Assembly (NCBI GenBank): GCA_963822965.1
Contig: CAWGJT010000005.1
Coordinates: 1,472,001 to 1,536,000, forward strand
Direction: 5' to 3'
Source: an uncultured delta proteobacterium
GTDB taxonomy: Bacteria > Myxococcota_A > UBA9160 > UBA4427
DNA: 64,000 bases
This document shows, piece by piece, positions 42,056 through 52,639 of this stretch. The notes beneath the pieces were generated by a model. That model was not told the DNA's origin, searched no databases, and saw nothing but the letters and a program-made list of their open reading frames with translations. A program made the translations under genes and the position numbers. Positions within the stretch are counted from its first letter, which is position 1; every line of letters begins with the position of its first letter.

Positions 42056-43329
42056 GAATCTTCGAGGAAATGGAATCCGAAGTGCGGGGCTACATCCGCT
42101 CGTTTCCCGCGATCTTCGACCGGGCCGAGGGATCGCTCCTCTACGACGAGCAGGGCAACCGATACATCGACTTCTTCGCCGGCGCCGGGACGCTCAACTA
42201 CGGGCACAACAACCCGCTGATCACCGAGGCGCTGATCGCCTACCTGAAGAGAAACGGGATCGTCCATGGTCTCGACAAGGCGACCGTGGCGAAGCGCGAC
42301 TTCCTGCAGGCGCTGCGCGACACGCTGTTGGTACCGCGCAACCTGACCTACAAGGTGCAGTTCACCGGACCCACCGGCACGAATGCGGTGGAGACGGCGC
42401 TGAAGCTCGCCCGGATGGTCAAGCGGCGATCGAACATCATCAGCTTCACCAACGGATACCACGGCATGACCATGGGATCCCTGGCGGTCACGGGGAACTA
42501 CTTCTACCGGGACGAGTCCTACGGCGCGCGGAACAACGTGGCCTTCATGCCCTACGACGGCTACTTCGGTCCGGAGGTGAACACGATCGACTACCTCCGT
42601 CGCTTCCTGGAGGATCCGAGCAGCGGCGTCGACGTGCCCGCCGCCGTCATTCTCGAGACCGTGCAGGGCGAAGGCGGAATCCACGTCGCCCGCGTCGAAT
42701 GGCTCCAGCAGCTGCAGGCACTCTGTCGCGAGTTCGACATCCTCCTCATCGTCGACGACATCCAGGTCGGCAACGGACGAACCGGCACCTTCTTCAGCTT
42801 CGAACGAGCCGACATCCAGCCGGACATGGTCACGGTCTCGAAGTCGATCGGCGGCGGCCTGCCCCTGGCGATGCTCCTGATTCGACCGGAGCTCGACCAG
42901 TGGCAGCCGGGCGAGCACACCGGCACCTTCCGCGGCAACAACCTGGCGTTCGTCGCCGCCACCCAGGCGCTCCGGTACTGGGAGAACGACGACCTCGCCC
43001 AGGCGGTCGAGTACAAGGGCGGCATCCTCCGGTCCGAGCTCGAGCGCATCGCCGAGAAGTTCCCCGAGCTCGAGGCGCAGGTGCGCGGGATCGGCATGGT
43101 CTGGGGCATCGAGTTTCCGCAGCCGGGCGTGGCCAGCGAAGCCGCCCGCGAGGCCTTCGGGCACCATCTGGTGCTCGAGACGGCCGGGGCCGAGGATCAC
43201 GTCCTCAAGTTCCTGCCGCCCCTGGTCATCGAGGAGGAGCTGCTACGGGAAGGGCTCGAAGTCGTCGAGAAGTGTCTGGCGACCCTGCTGGAGAAGCGGC
43301 AGCGGACGATCCTGGGAACGGAACGATGA
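42052..43329 (+). CDS. ectB: Diaminobutyrate--2-oxoglutarate transaminase
   Basis: FEEMESEVRGYIRSFP, DFFAGAGTLNYGHN, GPTGTNAVE, IVDDIQ, SKSIGG, PGEHTGTFRGNN; TTG start overlapping the ectA stop. Confidence 0.96.
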   Translation: MRIFEEMESEVRGYIRSFPAIFDRAEGSLLYDEQGNRYIDFFAGAGTLNYGHNNPLITEALIAYLKRNGIVHGLDKATVAKRDFLQALRDTLLVPRNLTYKVQFTGPTGTNAVETALKLARMVKRRSNIISFTNGYHGMTMGSLAVTGNYFYRDESYGARNNVAFMPYDGYFGPEVNTIDYLRRFLEDPSSGVDVPAAVILETVQGEGGIHVARVEWLQQLQALCREFDILLIVDDIQVGNGRTGTFFSFERADIQPDMVTVSKSIGGGLPLAMLLIRPELDQWQPGEHTGTFRGNNLAFVAATQALRYWENDDLAQAVEYKGGILRSELERIAEKFPELEAQVRGIGMVWGIEFPQPGVASEAAREAFGHHLVLETAGAEDHVLKFLPPLVIEEELLREGLEVVEKCLATLLEKRQRTILGTER

Positions 43330-43412
43330 GCATGCGGCCGACCCGAAGGGGCGGGAGACTCGACGGCGACGAGCTCCTTCCGCCGCAGAAGCGGCAGAAA
43401 GGCGCCGAATGA
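43326..43412 (+). CDS. 28-aa mini-ORF coupled to ectB and ask
   Basis: MSMRPTRRGGRLDGDELLPPQKRQKGAE*; ATGA overlaps at both ends. Confidence 0.35.
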   Translation: MSMRPTRRGGRLDGDELLPPQKRQKGAE

Positions 43413-44803
43413 GCTCCCCGGACGTCGAGCGAAACGACGAGCGACCCATCGTCTGCAAGTTCGGTGGCAGCTCCGTGGCCGACGCGGGCCAGATCGAGAA
43501 GGTTCGGGACATCGTCGTCGCCGACCCTCGACGGCGCTTCGTGGTCGTCTCGGCACCCGGCCGCTCGCGGGTGGACGAAGAGAAGGTGACCGATCATCTG
43601 CTGAACATCGCCACCGACGGCGAGCACTTTCGAAGCCAGCGAAAGCCCATCCCGGCCTCCGAGAGCCGAAAGAGCGTGATGGAGAAGTTCGAGGGGCTCG
43701 TCCGGGATCTCGGCGTCGACGGCGATTCGCTCCTGCACGACCTGGAGGGAGACCTCGAGCCCGAGCTCGAAGGCGACGAGCGCATCGCCTTCCTGGCGTC
43801 GCGCGGCGAGCACTACAACGCGCGGATCATCGCCAGCTATCTCCGGAAGCGCGGGACGAACGCCCGCGCCTGCCTGCCCGAGGAGATCGGCTTCCTGGTC
43901 AGCGACGAGCTCCTGAACGCGAAGGTCCTCGACGAAGCCTATCCCCGGCTGGCGTGCCTGGACGACGGGACGGATTCCGTCGCCGTGGTGCCGGGCTTCT
44001 ACGGCGTGACCCGGAGCGGCAAGATCGCGGTCTTCTCCCGCGGGGGCTCCGACCTCACGGGGGGCGAGCTGTCGTACGCCCTCGAGGCGGAGACCTACGA
44101 GAACTGGACGGACGTCAGCGGCGTGATGGAGGTGGACCCGCGCATCATCGCCGACGCGCGGGCCATCCCCCGACTGACCTTCAAGGAGATCCGTCTGCTC
44201 GCGTCGAAGGGGTTCAACGTCTTCCACCTCGACGCCATGCTGAGCTGCCGGAAGCGGAAGATCCCCATCCAGATCCGCAATACCAACCGACCCGGCGAGC
44301 CGGGAACCATGATCCTCAACGAGCGTGTTCCCGAGGAAGGGGTGGTGGGGATCGCCCAGCTGGAGAACGTCGCGTACATCTACCTCGAGAAGGAAACTCT
44401 AAGCGAAGAGCTCGGCTTCACGGCGAGGCTGCTGTCGGTGTTCCGGGACTTCGGGATCAACACCTACCACTACCCCACCGACCGGGACGACATCGCGGTC
44501 CTGGTGGATCAGGACGACCTGGAAGGCACCATCAACGACCTGCGGCGGGCGATCGAGATGCAGCTCGAGCCCGACTTCATGGACGTCGTCTACAACCTGG
44601 CGATCCTCACGCCGGTGGGCCTCGGGTTGAAGCGCAACTCCTACCCGATCGTCGACGCCCTGAATGCCCTGGCCAAGAACCACATTCCGATCGAGATGAT
44701 CGACCAGAGCCCCTCGCAGATGTGCTTTCACATCGGCGTCAGCCAGTCCGTCGCCGACGACGCCCTGCGGATCCTCCACCGCGCCCTGATCGCACCCGGC
44801 TGA
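43409..44803 (+). CDS. ask: Aspartate kinase
   Basis: KFGGSS, VVVSAPG, SRGE, PGFYG, FSRGGSDLTG, NWTDVSG, NTN.P..PGT; C-terminal ACT-like region. Confidence 0.94.
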   Translation: MSSPDVERNDERPIVCKFGGSSVADAGQIEKVRDIVVADPRRRFVVVSAPGRSRVDEEKVTDHLLNIATDGEHFRSQRKPIPASESRKSVMEKFEGLVRDLGVDGDSLLHDLEGDLEPELEGDERIAFLASRGEHYNARIIASYLRKRGTNARACLPEEIGFLVSDELLNAKVLDEAYPRLACLDDGTDSVAVVPGFYGVTRSGKIAVFSRGGSDLTGGELSYALEAETYENWTDVSGVMEVDPRIIADARAIPRLTFKEIRLLASKGFNVFHLDAMLSCRKRKIPIQIRNTNRPGEPGTMILNERVPEEGVVGIAQLENVAYIYLEKETLSEELGFTARLLSVFRDFGINTYHYPTDRDDIAVLVDQDDLEGTINDLRRAIEMQLEPDFMDVVYNLAILTPVGLGLKRNSYPIVDALNALAKNHIPIEMIDQSPSQMCFHIGVSQSVADDALRILHRALIAPG

Positions 44804-44899
44804 GCCGAACGTCCCGGGCGACGTGCCCTCCCAATCGGCCGCACCGAAGCGGCCGGCGCCGGGCGGGCTGCGATACGACGACGACCACCCGCTCCGCCA

Positions 44900-45802
44900 C
44901 TACACGGAGCGCGGATCCGAGCTGCGGCGACCGCCCTCCAGCCAGGCGGTACCGGCGGGCGGAAGCAGGTCGCCGACGCGCTTCGCGTAGGCCTCGACCT
45001 CCTCGGGGGTCAGCACGTCCCGCCAGCGCCCGTTGGTGCCCTTGAAGAGGAAGCCCTTCGCGCCCCCCTCGAAGAGACGCTCGAAGTCGCCGATCTCCGA
45101 GCCGCGCGCCTGCATCGATTCGAACGTGCAGCGTTCGACGACGCCCGGCCAGCGGGAGGCCGGAACCTCGATGTCAAGGAACTCCGCGATGCGCCGCATC
45201 TCCCCCGCGAGGTCGGCCTTCAGATCGTTGTAGTGCACGAGCAGCTGGTTCGGCTCGTGACGGCGCTCCCAGAAGCCCGCGACGTGCTCGAGCATGCCCA
45301 TGGCCGGAAGCCAGATCGAGAAGAAGCCGTGGACGTCTCCGGTCCACGGCGGCATCTGCATCAGGTCCTCCCCGGCGATGCGCGCGTTCAGCTCGTCGCG
45401 CACGTCGTTCCGGAAGCGTTCCATGTGGTTGCACATGGACATGAAGGCGTCCCGCCCGTCGCGCGCCACGAAGATGTACTTCGCGTCCGGGAAGAAGGGA
45501 ATCCCGTCGGCGGGCGTGTGGCTCTTGATGAAGCGCCGGTGCTGCTGCGCTTCCAGTCGCGCCAGCACCTCTTCAATGGGGTCGAACTGCGCCTCGAGCC
45601 AGGGCGAGATCGTGACCACCGGCCCCGGCACGTCGCCGTCCGGCCAGAGCAGGCTCGACACGATGGTCTGGGTCCAGGTCGTTCCGCATTTCGCCGGCGT
45701 GCATACGAAGATGTCGCCGGGACGAGGCGTGAAGCCGGCCCAGCGACGGTTGTCGGCGACGGCGCTGCGATAGGGGCGGAGAGATTCGATGGAGACGGGC
45801 AT
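44900..45802 (-). CDS. Aryl-sulfotransferase-like (SULT1-type) protein
   Basis: DIFVCTPAKCGTTW, SPWLE, RFIKSH, ARDGRDAFMS, KGTNGRW. Confidence 0.9.
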   Translation of the reverse strand: MPVSIESLRPYRSAVADNRRWAGFTPRPGDIFVCTPAKCGTTWTQTIVSSLLWPDGDVPGPVVTISPWLEAQFDPIEEVLARLEAQQHRRFIKSHTPADGIPFFPDAKYIFVARDGRDAFMSMCNHMERFRNDVRDELNARIAGEDLMQMPPWTGDVHGFFSIWLPAMGMLEHVAGFWERRHEPNQLLVHYNDLKADLAGEMRRIAEFLDIEVPASRWPGVVERCTFESMQARGSEIGDFERLFEGGAKGFLFKGTNGRWRDVLTPEEVEAYAKRVGDLLPPAGTAWLEGGRRSSDPRSV

Positions 45803-45917
45803 GGGCGGGCCTGCGACCTCCGGGGTGGATCGGCTCGAAGCCGGCGGCGGATCGCCGCGGAGCTTGGCACGGATCCGCGCGCCCGTCATGTCGCCGGGAG
45901 AGCGGCGGGGCGACCGC

Positions 45918-47036
45918 TCACCGCCTGACGAGCGCCACGCCCTTGATCTGCGCGAACACCACCAAGCCGGGAGCGAGGGCCAGCGCCTCCCGGGACCGGC
46001 GGGTCACGCGCCCCACGATCCGGGCGCCGGAGCCGTCCTCGCCGAGTCCCACCACGAGGTTCTCCTGGGCGTCGTCGTCGTCCTGACGGCTGACGGAGAG
46101 GATCCGACCGGGGAGGCTATTGAGGATGGTCGTGTCCACGGGCCGCGCGCGGCTGAAGCTCACGTCCGATGCGCGGATGCGCAAGCGCCGGCGGCTTCCG
46201 GGGACGCCCTGGCGACCGGGGACGACGAGCGTTCCCCCTTCGATGGACAGCGTCGTGAGCGCGTGCTCTTCGTCGACCGAGACCACGCGGGCCTCGACGG
46301 TCACGGCGGCCTCCGGCGCGCGCAGGAGCGGCAGCTCGGGGTCGGCTTCGAGGGCGCGGAGCGATCCGCAGGCGAGCACGCGCCCGCGCTCGAAGAGCAC
46401 CAGCGTGTCCGCCAGTCGCTCGACCTCGTCGAGATCGTGGCTCACGTAGAGGATCGGAATCGACAGGCTCTCGTGGAGCGTCTCCAGATAGGGGAGGATC
46501 TCCTCCTTCGTCCCGCGATCCAGGCCGGCGAGCGGCTCGTCCATCAGGAGCAGGCGCGGCCGGGACAGCAGGGCGCGGCCGACGGCGACCCGCTGGCGCT
46601 CGCCGCCGGAGAGGCTCCTGGGGCCCCGGGCGAGCAGGTGGCCCATGCCGAGCAGGTCGACCACGTCCCCGAAGCCGAGCGAGTGCGCGCTGCCCGCGCT
46701 CCCGGCGCGCCGCGCCCCGTAGAGCAGATTGCCCCGGACGGACAGGTGCGGGAAGAGGCTCGCTTCCTGGAACACATAGCCGACGGGACGCTCGTGCGGC
46801 TTGCGAAAGGTCCGGCTGGCGTCGTCCTGCCACGTCTCGTCGCCGACGGTGAGGCGCCCGGCCAGGCGCTGTAGGCCGGCCACGCACCGCAAGACCGTCG
46901 TCTTGCCGCAGCCCGAAGGCCCGAACAGCGCGGTGACGCCGCGCATGGGCGCCTCGAAGTCGACGTCGACCGGGAAGCTCCCGAGCGTGCCGCCGAAGGT
47001 CGCGCCGAGGGTCGCCTCGCCGTGCCCGTGCGTCAT
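45918..47036 (-). CDS. modC: Molybdate ABC transporter ATP-binding protein
   Basis: [35 protein letters not shown]-terminal TOBE/Mop (AQIKGV). Confidence 0.95.
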   Translation of the reverse strand: MTHGHGEATLGATFGGTLGSFPVDVDFEAPMRGVTALFGPSGCGKTTVLRCVAGLQRLAGRLTVGDETWQDDASRTFRKPHERPVGYVFQEASLFPHLSVRGNLLYGARRAGSAGSAHSLGFGDVVDLLGMGHLLARGPRSLSGGERQRVAVGRALLSRPRLLLMDEPLAGLDRGTKEEILPYLETLHESLSIPILYVSHDLDEVERLADTLVLFERGRVLACGSLRALEADPELPLLRAPEAAVTVEARVVSVDEEHALTTLSIEGGTLVVPGRQGVPGSRRRLRIRASDVSFSRARPVDTTILNSLPGRILSVSRQDDDDAQENLVVGLGEDGSGARIVGRVTRRSREALALAPGLVVFAQIKGVALVRR

Positions 47037-47716
47037 AGCCCGGGACGTCCGATCCGCTTCTCGAGCAAGCGCATCGTCAGGATGACCACGAACGAGAAGG
47101 CCAGCATGCCGCCGGCCAGCACGTGAGCCTGGGTCCATTGCAGGGTCTCGACGTACTCGTAGATCGCCACCGAGAGCACCTTCGTCTCGCCCGGAATGCT
47201 GCCTCCGATCATCAGGACCACCCCGAACTCGCCCACGGTATGCGCGAAGCCGAGGACGGCGCCGGTCATGAAGCCCGGCCGGGCGAGGGGCACGGCGACC
47301 GACCAGAACGCGTCCCAGGGTGAGGCGCGCAGGGTCGCGGCCACCTCGAGCGGGCGGTCGCCGAAGGCCTCGAAGGCGTTGCGGATGGGCTGGACGACGA
47401 ACGGCATGGAGTAGAAGACCGATCCGATCACGAGTCCTTCGAACGAGAACGCCAGGGTGCGCCCACCGAAGAGGCCGGCCACCCAGCCCCCCGGCCCGTT
47501 CGGACCCAGGGCGAGCAGCAGGTAGAAGCCCAAGACCGTGGGCGGCAGCACCAGCGGCAGCGCCACGACGCTGGCCACCACCTCCTTCCAGCGGGCCTTC
47601 GAGCGGGCCAGCCACCAGGCGATGGGCGTTCCCACCGCCAGCAACACCAGCGTCGTGATCGATGCCAGCGCGAGTGTCAGGCGGACTGCCGACGCGATCT
47701 CCGCGAAACCCTGCAT
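47033..47716 (-). CDS. modB: Molybdate ABC transporter permease
   Basis: [40 protein letters not shown]. Confidence 0.96.
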   Translation of the reverse strand: MQGFAEIASAVRLTLALASITTLVLLAVGTPIAWWLARSKARWKEVVASVVALPLVLPPTVLGFYLLLALGPNGPGGWVAGLFGGRTLAFSFEGLVIGSVFYSMPFVVQPIRNAFEAFGDRPLEVAATLRASPWDAFWSVAVPLARPGFMTGAVLGFAHTVGEFGVVLMIGGSIPGETKVLSVAIYEYVETLQWTQAHVLAGGMLAFSFVVILTMRLLEKRIGRPGL

Positions 47717-47719
47717 CGG

Positions 47720-48448
47720 CTATTCCCCGGCCCTGTAGCCGTAGGCTTCCAGGACGGCCCGCGCGGCGGGCCCCTTCAGGAAGTCGAGAAACGCTCGCGC
47801 GGCCTCGTCGTGCGCGCCACGCTCGAGCAGGACCGCGTCCTGCGCGATGGGGGCATGCAGGTCGTCGGGCACGATCCACCGCGACCCGCCGGCGTGTCGG
47901 GCCACCTGCGACAGCGCGACGAAGCCGACCTCGGCGTTGCCGGTCTCCACGAACTGGTAGGCCTGGGCAACGTTGCTGCCGAACACGATCTTCCGGGCCA
48001 GGGCGTCGTACACGCCGAGCGCTCTCATGGTCTGGACGGCGGCGGCGCCGTAGGGGGCCGTCGTCGGATTGGCGACGGCGATCTTCGCGAAATCGCCCCC
48101 TCGCAGGGTCGCCGCTCCCCGCACCCGGGCTTCGTCCGGGCTGAAGAGCACGAGCCGCCCGGTCGCATAGGTGAAGCGGCTCGCCGGCACCGCGAAGCCT
48201 TCCGCGACCGCCTTCTCGGGCCGGACCTGGTCTGCGGCGAGAAACACGTCGAAGGGCGCTCCCTGGCTGATCTGCGCGTAGAGCTGGCCCGTCGAGCCGA
48301 AGCTCAAGAGGGCGCGGTGTCCTGTCTGCCGCTCGAAGAGCGCCCCGATCTCCCCGGCGGCGGCGGCGAAGTTGGCAGCGACCGCAACCCGGGTCTCGCC
48401 CGCGCGTGCCGCGGGGGTCCCCCCAGCGACCTGCGCTGCGAGGAGCAC
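47720..48448 (-). CDS. modA: Molybdate ABC transporter substrate-binding protein (true start probably near 48485, start codon damaged)
   Basis: VAVAANF, GSTGQLYAQI.QGAPFDVFLAAD, ANP.TAPYG, GFVALSQ. Signal peptide extends upstream (VRTFARLCAAVLL) toward an AGGAG RBS with no in-frame ATG. Confidence 0.93.
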   Translation of the reverse strand: MLLAAQVAGGTPAARAGETRVAVAANFAAAAGEIGALFERQTGHRALLSFGSTGQLYAQISQGAPFDVFLAADQVRPEKAVAEGFAVPASRFTYATGRLVLFSPDEARVRGAATLRGGDFAKIAVANPTTAPYGAAAVQTMRALGVYDALARKIVFGSNVAQAYQFVETGNAEVGFVALSQVARHAGGSRWIVPDDLHAPIAQDAVLLERGAHDEAARAFLDFLKGPAARAVLEAYGYRAGE

Positions 48449-48636
48449 GGCGGCGCAAAGCCGAGCGAAGGTACGGACCGGCGAATCGAGATGCTCCTAC
48501 GATGGGCATCCGAATTGAAACATGCCGGCTCGGGAACGGCTAGCCGAGGGAGCCCGTCGGGCCCCCTTTGCGGCGGAACCGCGACCCAAGACTTCGTCTT
48601 GGGTCGCGCTCCTGGCGTCGAGGAGCGCGCCGCGCG

Positions 48637-49293
48637 TCAGCGACCTCGCAGACTGAGCTTCCGGAGCTCTTTGTCGTTGCCCGCGACGAGCAGGGAGTCG
48701 GACGGCTTCAGCTTCGCGGTGGGATCCGGCGGAACCACGAGCCGGCCCGTGAGGATGTCGCGCACCCCTACCACCTGCAGGCGAAGCTTCTCGCGCGGCT
48801 CGAGCTCGACGAGGGTCTGCCCCATCCAGCTCTGGGGCACCTCGATCTCCTGCATCGAGAACCCGTCCCCGATGGGCGTGTAGTCGAGCACGGCCCTCGA
48901 TACGATGCGGCGCGCCAGTCGCGAGCCCGCGTCGCGCTCGGGGAAGACCGCCTCGGTGACGTCGAGACGATCGAGGGCTCGCGCCGCGTTGACCGACCGC
49001 GCCTTGGCGTAGATCTCGCGTACGCCCACGTCCCGCAGCGCCATGATCGCGAGAATCGTCGTGGAGAGATCCTCCCCGGTCGCGATCACGGCCGCGTCCA
49101 CGTCGTGGATGGCGATCCGCTCGAGCAGCGCCGGATCGGTGGCGTCGCCGACGACGGCCCGCGTCACCCACTCCGCGTGGCGGTCCACGAGCTCCTCGTC
49201 GCGTTCGATCGCGATCACCTCGTGGCCCGTTTCGCACATGCTCTTCGCAAACCAGAATCCGAACGCGCCCAGCCCGACCACCAGGACCCGCAT
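48637..49293 (-). CDS. TrkA/KtrA-family potassium uptake regulatory (RCK) subunit
   Basis: VVGLGAFG, GDAT, FPERD, C-terminal RCK_C. Confidence 0.92.
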   Translation of the reverse strand: MRVLVVGLGAFGFWFAKSMCETGHEVIAIERDEELVDRHAEWVTRAVVGDATDPALLERIAIHDVDAAVIATGEDLSTTILAIMALRDVGVREIYAKARSVNAARALDRLDVTEAVFPERDAGSRLARRIVSRAVLDYTPIGDGFSMQEIEVPQSWMGQTLVELEPREKLRLQVVGVRDILTGRLVVPPDPTAKLKPSDSLLVAGNDKELRKLSLRGR

Positions 49294-49379
49294 GTACCTA
49301 CCTCCCAGCCGGCGGATTCGATCCCGCCTCGATCCGGTCTATCCCGATTCCCTCGACGCCTCGTCCGCACGCATGCGCC

Positions 49380-50765
49380 TCATCCCACGATCACGTCCTC
49401 GTGGGCGAAGCGGAAGCGCACCCGGCGGCGGAACCGGGTCGCCATCGCCGCAAGCACGATGAGCGGTCCGATCCGCCCGAACACCATCGTCGGGACGAGC
49501 ACGAGACGCCCGAAGGGGCTGAGCTCGGACGTCGCCCCCATGGACAGTCCCACGGTGCTGAAGGCACTCTGCACCTCGAAGACGAGCCGCACCAGCTGGG
49601 GTCGGTCCGCCCAGCGATCCCCCGCCAGCTCGGTCACGAGCAGCAGGAAGAGCAGCATGCCCAGCAGCAGCACGGCCCCCGCCGCCAGTCCCGTCGCCCG
49701 CTGGAGCGTCTCCCGGGGCACCGTGCGCCCCCCGAGCGAGATCTGCTCGTCGCCCGCGAGGCGGCTCCAGAGCAGCAGGCCGAGCAGCGCCACCGTGGTG
49801 ACCTTGACGCCGCCGGCCACCGAGGCGGGCGCGCCGCCGATCCACATGAGAGCAAGGGTGAGGAAGAGCGAAGGATTGGAGACGGCGTCGTAGTCCACCG
49901 TATTGAACCCTGCCGTGCGCGCCGTCACCGCCATGAAGAAGGCGTTCACGGAGCGGTCGAAAACGCCGAGAGGATCGAGCTCGTGGTGCCATTCGAAGAC
50001 CAGGTACAGGAGAGTCGACCCCGCCAGCAGCACGGCGGTTGCACCGAGCACGAGGCGCGTGTGGAGGGTGAGCCGCGAGTGCCGGCCCCGGAGCCAGTAG
50101 CGGAGGTCCTGGATCACCGGGAAGCCCAGGCCGCCGGCGACGATCAGGAACGCCAGGGTCAGCACCAGGGCCGGTCGCTCCCGATAGCCCACGAGGGAGT
50201 CGCTGAAGAGGGAGAACCCCGCGTTGCAGAAGGCGGAGATGCTGTGGAAGATGGCCAGCCAGGCCGCCCCGGCGGCGCCGGCGTCCCCGTACCAGTCCAC
50301 CCAGAGGACCAGCGCGCCCGCAGCTTCCAGGCCCAGGGTGAAGCCCACCGCGGTCCGTAGCACGCGGGCGGCGGCCTGGGCCGGAAGCACCGTCGTCTGC
50401 CCTCCGGCGGCTTCCTGCGCTTCGACGCCCAGCCGCACGCCCGTGAGCGAGACGATGACGCTGGCAAGGGTGAGGATGCCGAGCCCGCCCGCCTGGACGA
50501 GAAGCAGGAGCCAGGCCTGGCCCCAGAACGTGAAGTCCTTCGACACGTCCGCAACCACGAGGCCGGTCACGCACACGGCGCTCGTCGCCATGAAGAGCGA
50601 GTCCACCCAGCCGAGACCCTTGCCGGTATAGAGGCCGGGCAGGACCATGAAGCCGATCGTGCCCACCGCGATCAGGCCGACGAACGAGAGCGCCACGAGC
50701 TGGGGGGCGGAGAGGCTGCGCCTCGCGGCCGCCACGCTGTCGCGCGCTCCCGTCGGGTCGAGCAA
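49380..50765 (-). CDS. TrkH/KtrB-family potassium uptake permease
   Basis: SAVCVTGL, SAFCNAGF, ARTAGF and SAFSTVGLS pore loops, GGVKVTT. Start uncertain. Confidence 0.94.
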   Translation of the reverse strand: MLDPTGARDSVAAARRSLSAPQLVALSFVGLIAVGTIGFMVLPGLYTGKGLGWVDSLFMATSAVCVTGLVVADVSKDFTFWGQAWLLLLVQAGGLGILTLASVIVSLTGVRLGVEAQEAAGGQTTVLPAQAAARVLRTAVGFTLGLEAAGALVLWVDWYGDAGAAGAAWLAIFHSISAFCNAGFSLFSDSLVGYRERPALVLTLAFLIVAGGLGFPVIQDLRYWLRGRHSRLTLHTRLVLGATAVLLAGSTLLYLVFEWHHELDPLGVFDRSVNAFFMAVTARTAGFNTVDYDAVSNPSLFLTLALMWIGGAPASVAGGVKVTTVALLGLLLWSRLAGDEQISLGGRTVPRETLQRATGLAAGAVLLLGMLLFLLLVTELAGDRWADRPQLVRLVFEVQSAFSTVGLSMGATSELSPFGRLVLVPTMVFGRIGPLIVLAAMATRFRRRVRFRFAHEDVIVG

Positions 50766-50816
50766 GTCCGGTCCCCCCGCCGCCGCACGCCACCCCCGTG
50801 CAGCGGATTGGATTGT

Positions 50817-52448
50817 TCAGGGGCGGGTCCCCGGGGTCAACGCCGGGGCCCCATCGGGCCCCGGCGGGTAGGGAAAGAGCTCCCTCGCGTCGTGCGCGCG
50901 CCCGTAGGCGTCGCGATAGACGGCGTGGTGGCGCTCGAACTGGGTCGGCGATCGCAGCCCGGCCGCGGCGGCGAGCGAGGTCAACGCCGCGCGCAGGGTG
51001 AGCACGTAGTTGAGCACCCGCCACTTCTTCTCGTCGACCACCAGGGCCTGCATCAGATCCTCGTCGGTCGTGGCGACGCCCACCGGGCACTCGTTGCTGT
51101 GGCAGCGCTGGGCCTGGATGCATCCCACCGAGATCATCAGCCCGCGGGCCGTGGCGACCGCGTCGGCGCCCAGGGCCAGGGCCACCGCGATGCGGTCGGC
51201 GGAAGTGAGCTTTCCGGAGGCGAAGACCCGGACCCGGTCGCGGACTCCGTGCCGCCGCAGGGCGTCGTCCGCTTCCACGATCGCGGACTGCACCGGCAGG
51301 CCCATGCTGTCCGCCATCTCCTGGAAGGTGGCGCCGGAGCCGCCCTCGCCGCCGTCCACGGTGACCCAGTCCGGTCCGTCCCCGCGCCGGAGCATGGCGG
51401 CGGCGATCTCGTCCAGGGAGCCGGGACCGCCCATCACCAGCTTGATGCCCACCGGCTTTCCGCCCTCCTCGCGCATGCGGGCCACGTGGTCCAATGCCTC
51501 GTCCACGGAGCGCAGCATCGGGAAGCGGTTCGGCGAGTCGATGGACTGGCCCACCGGCACGCCCCGGATGCGCGCGATCTCGGCGTTGACCTTGTTGCCC
51601 TCGACGTGGCCGCCCCGAAGCTTGGCTCCCTGGTGGAACTTGAGCTCGAAGCCGCAGACCTCGCGCACCTGGGACTGGCGACGGAAGGTGTCCCAGCACC
51701 ACTCCCCCGCCGCGTTCCGGACGCCGAACAGGCCGGGTCCGATCTGGAAGACGACGTCGCCACCACCCACCAGGTGATGCTCCGAGAGACCGCCCTCGCC
51801 GGTGTTGAGCCAGCTGCCACCGACCATGGAGAGACCCTGGGAGTAAGCCTGGATTGCATTGCGGCCCATGGCGCCGTAGGACATGGCGCTCATGCCGATC
51901 AGGCCCCGGAGCAGCCACGGCTGCGGGAGGTCGGCGCCGATGTGCAGGGCGAACTCGTCGTTCAGCAGCCACGGCGACACCTCGACCTCGGACATCTTCT
52001 CCTTGCGGGAGAACAGCCCTTCGCGGTCGATCACGTATCGCCGGGTCGTGAAGCGGGGCTCCTCGAGGACCCCCATGTCCTCCATCTGGGTGGGGAAGGT
52101 CGCATTGCGCAGGTACCAGCCGGGCACTTCGAAGTCCCGCTTCGAGCCGAAGGAGATCAGGGTCTTCATGTACTTGCCGGCGTACACGATCGAGCGATAG
52201 CCCTCCCGCGTGAACGGCTTGCCCTCGAGATCGCCGTCGAAGAGGTACTGGCGGAACTCCGGCCCCACGTGCTCCAGCAGGTACCGGAGGCGCCCCAGGA
52301 TCGGGAAGTTTCGCAGCACCGCGTGCTGCGACTGCCGCCGGTCCGACAGGTAGAGCAGGCCGAACAGCACCGGCGGCCCCATGAACATCAACAGCAGCAC
52401 CACGAAGATCGCGATGACGACGAAGTGCATCATCCAGTCGAACTGCAT
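50817..52448 (-). CDS. FMN-binding glutamate synthase family protein (standalone FMN domain with N-terminal TM)
   Basis: SAMSYGA, NTGEGG, ELKFHQGAK, KPVGIK, DGGEGGSG, GCIQAQRCHSNECPVGVAT (3Fe-4S). Confidence 0.93.
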   Translation of the reverse strand: MQFDWMMHFVVIAIFVVLLLMFMGPPVLFGLLYLSDRRQSQHAVLRNFPILGRLRYLLEHVGPEFRQYLFDGDLEGKPFTREGYRSIVYAGKYMKTLISFGSKRDFEVPGWYLRNATFPTQMEDMGVLEEPRFTTRRYVIDREGLFSRKEKMSEVEVSPWLLNDEFALHIGADLPQPWLLRGLIGMSAMSYGAMGRNAIQAYSQGLSMVGGSWLNTGEGGLSEHHLVGGGDVVFQIGPGLFGVRNAAGEWCWDTFRRQSQVREVCGFELKFHQGAKLRGGHVEGNKVNAEIARIRGVPVGQSIDSPNRFPMLRSVDEALDHVARMREEGGKPVGIKLVMGGPGSLDEIAAAMLRRGDGPDWVTVDGGEGGSGATFQEMADSMGLPVQSAIVEADDALRRHGVRDRVRVFASGKLTSADRIAVALALGADAVATARGLMISVGCIQAQRCHSNECPVGVATTDEDLMQALVVDEKKWRVLNYVLTLRAALTSLAAAAGLRSPTQFERHHAVYRDAYGRAHDARELFPYPPGPDGAPALTPGTRP

Positions 52449-52639
52449 GCCGAACCCCTCCCCGCGCCCGCCGACGCGGACCACGCCCCTGCAGAGCCGC
52501 CCGTATTGAAGCCGAGGAGGTGGACCGCGTCCCCCGGTTCTCTCCCGGGCCCCACCCGAAATCGTCCCAGCACCGGTGCCGGCCAGAACCACGAGGCCCG
52601 CTCGCTCCGAATCCCCTGGGGACCGGCGTACGAAGGAGC

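Noticed and set aside
35569..48509. Long N-terminal extensions of cydB, acr3, ectB and modC in the ORF track
   Set aside because: They are off-frame overlaps with upstream genes; starts were reassigned using motifs, RBS and stop/start overlaps.
48490..48630. Possible Moco riboswitch upstream of modA
   Set aside because: A hairpin (AGGG-GGCCC-GAC-GGGCT-CCCT on the minus strand) is present, but I could not match the conserved Moco motif features by eye. An Infernal/Rfam search would decide.
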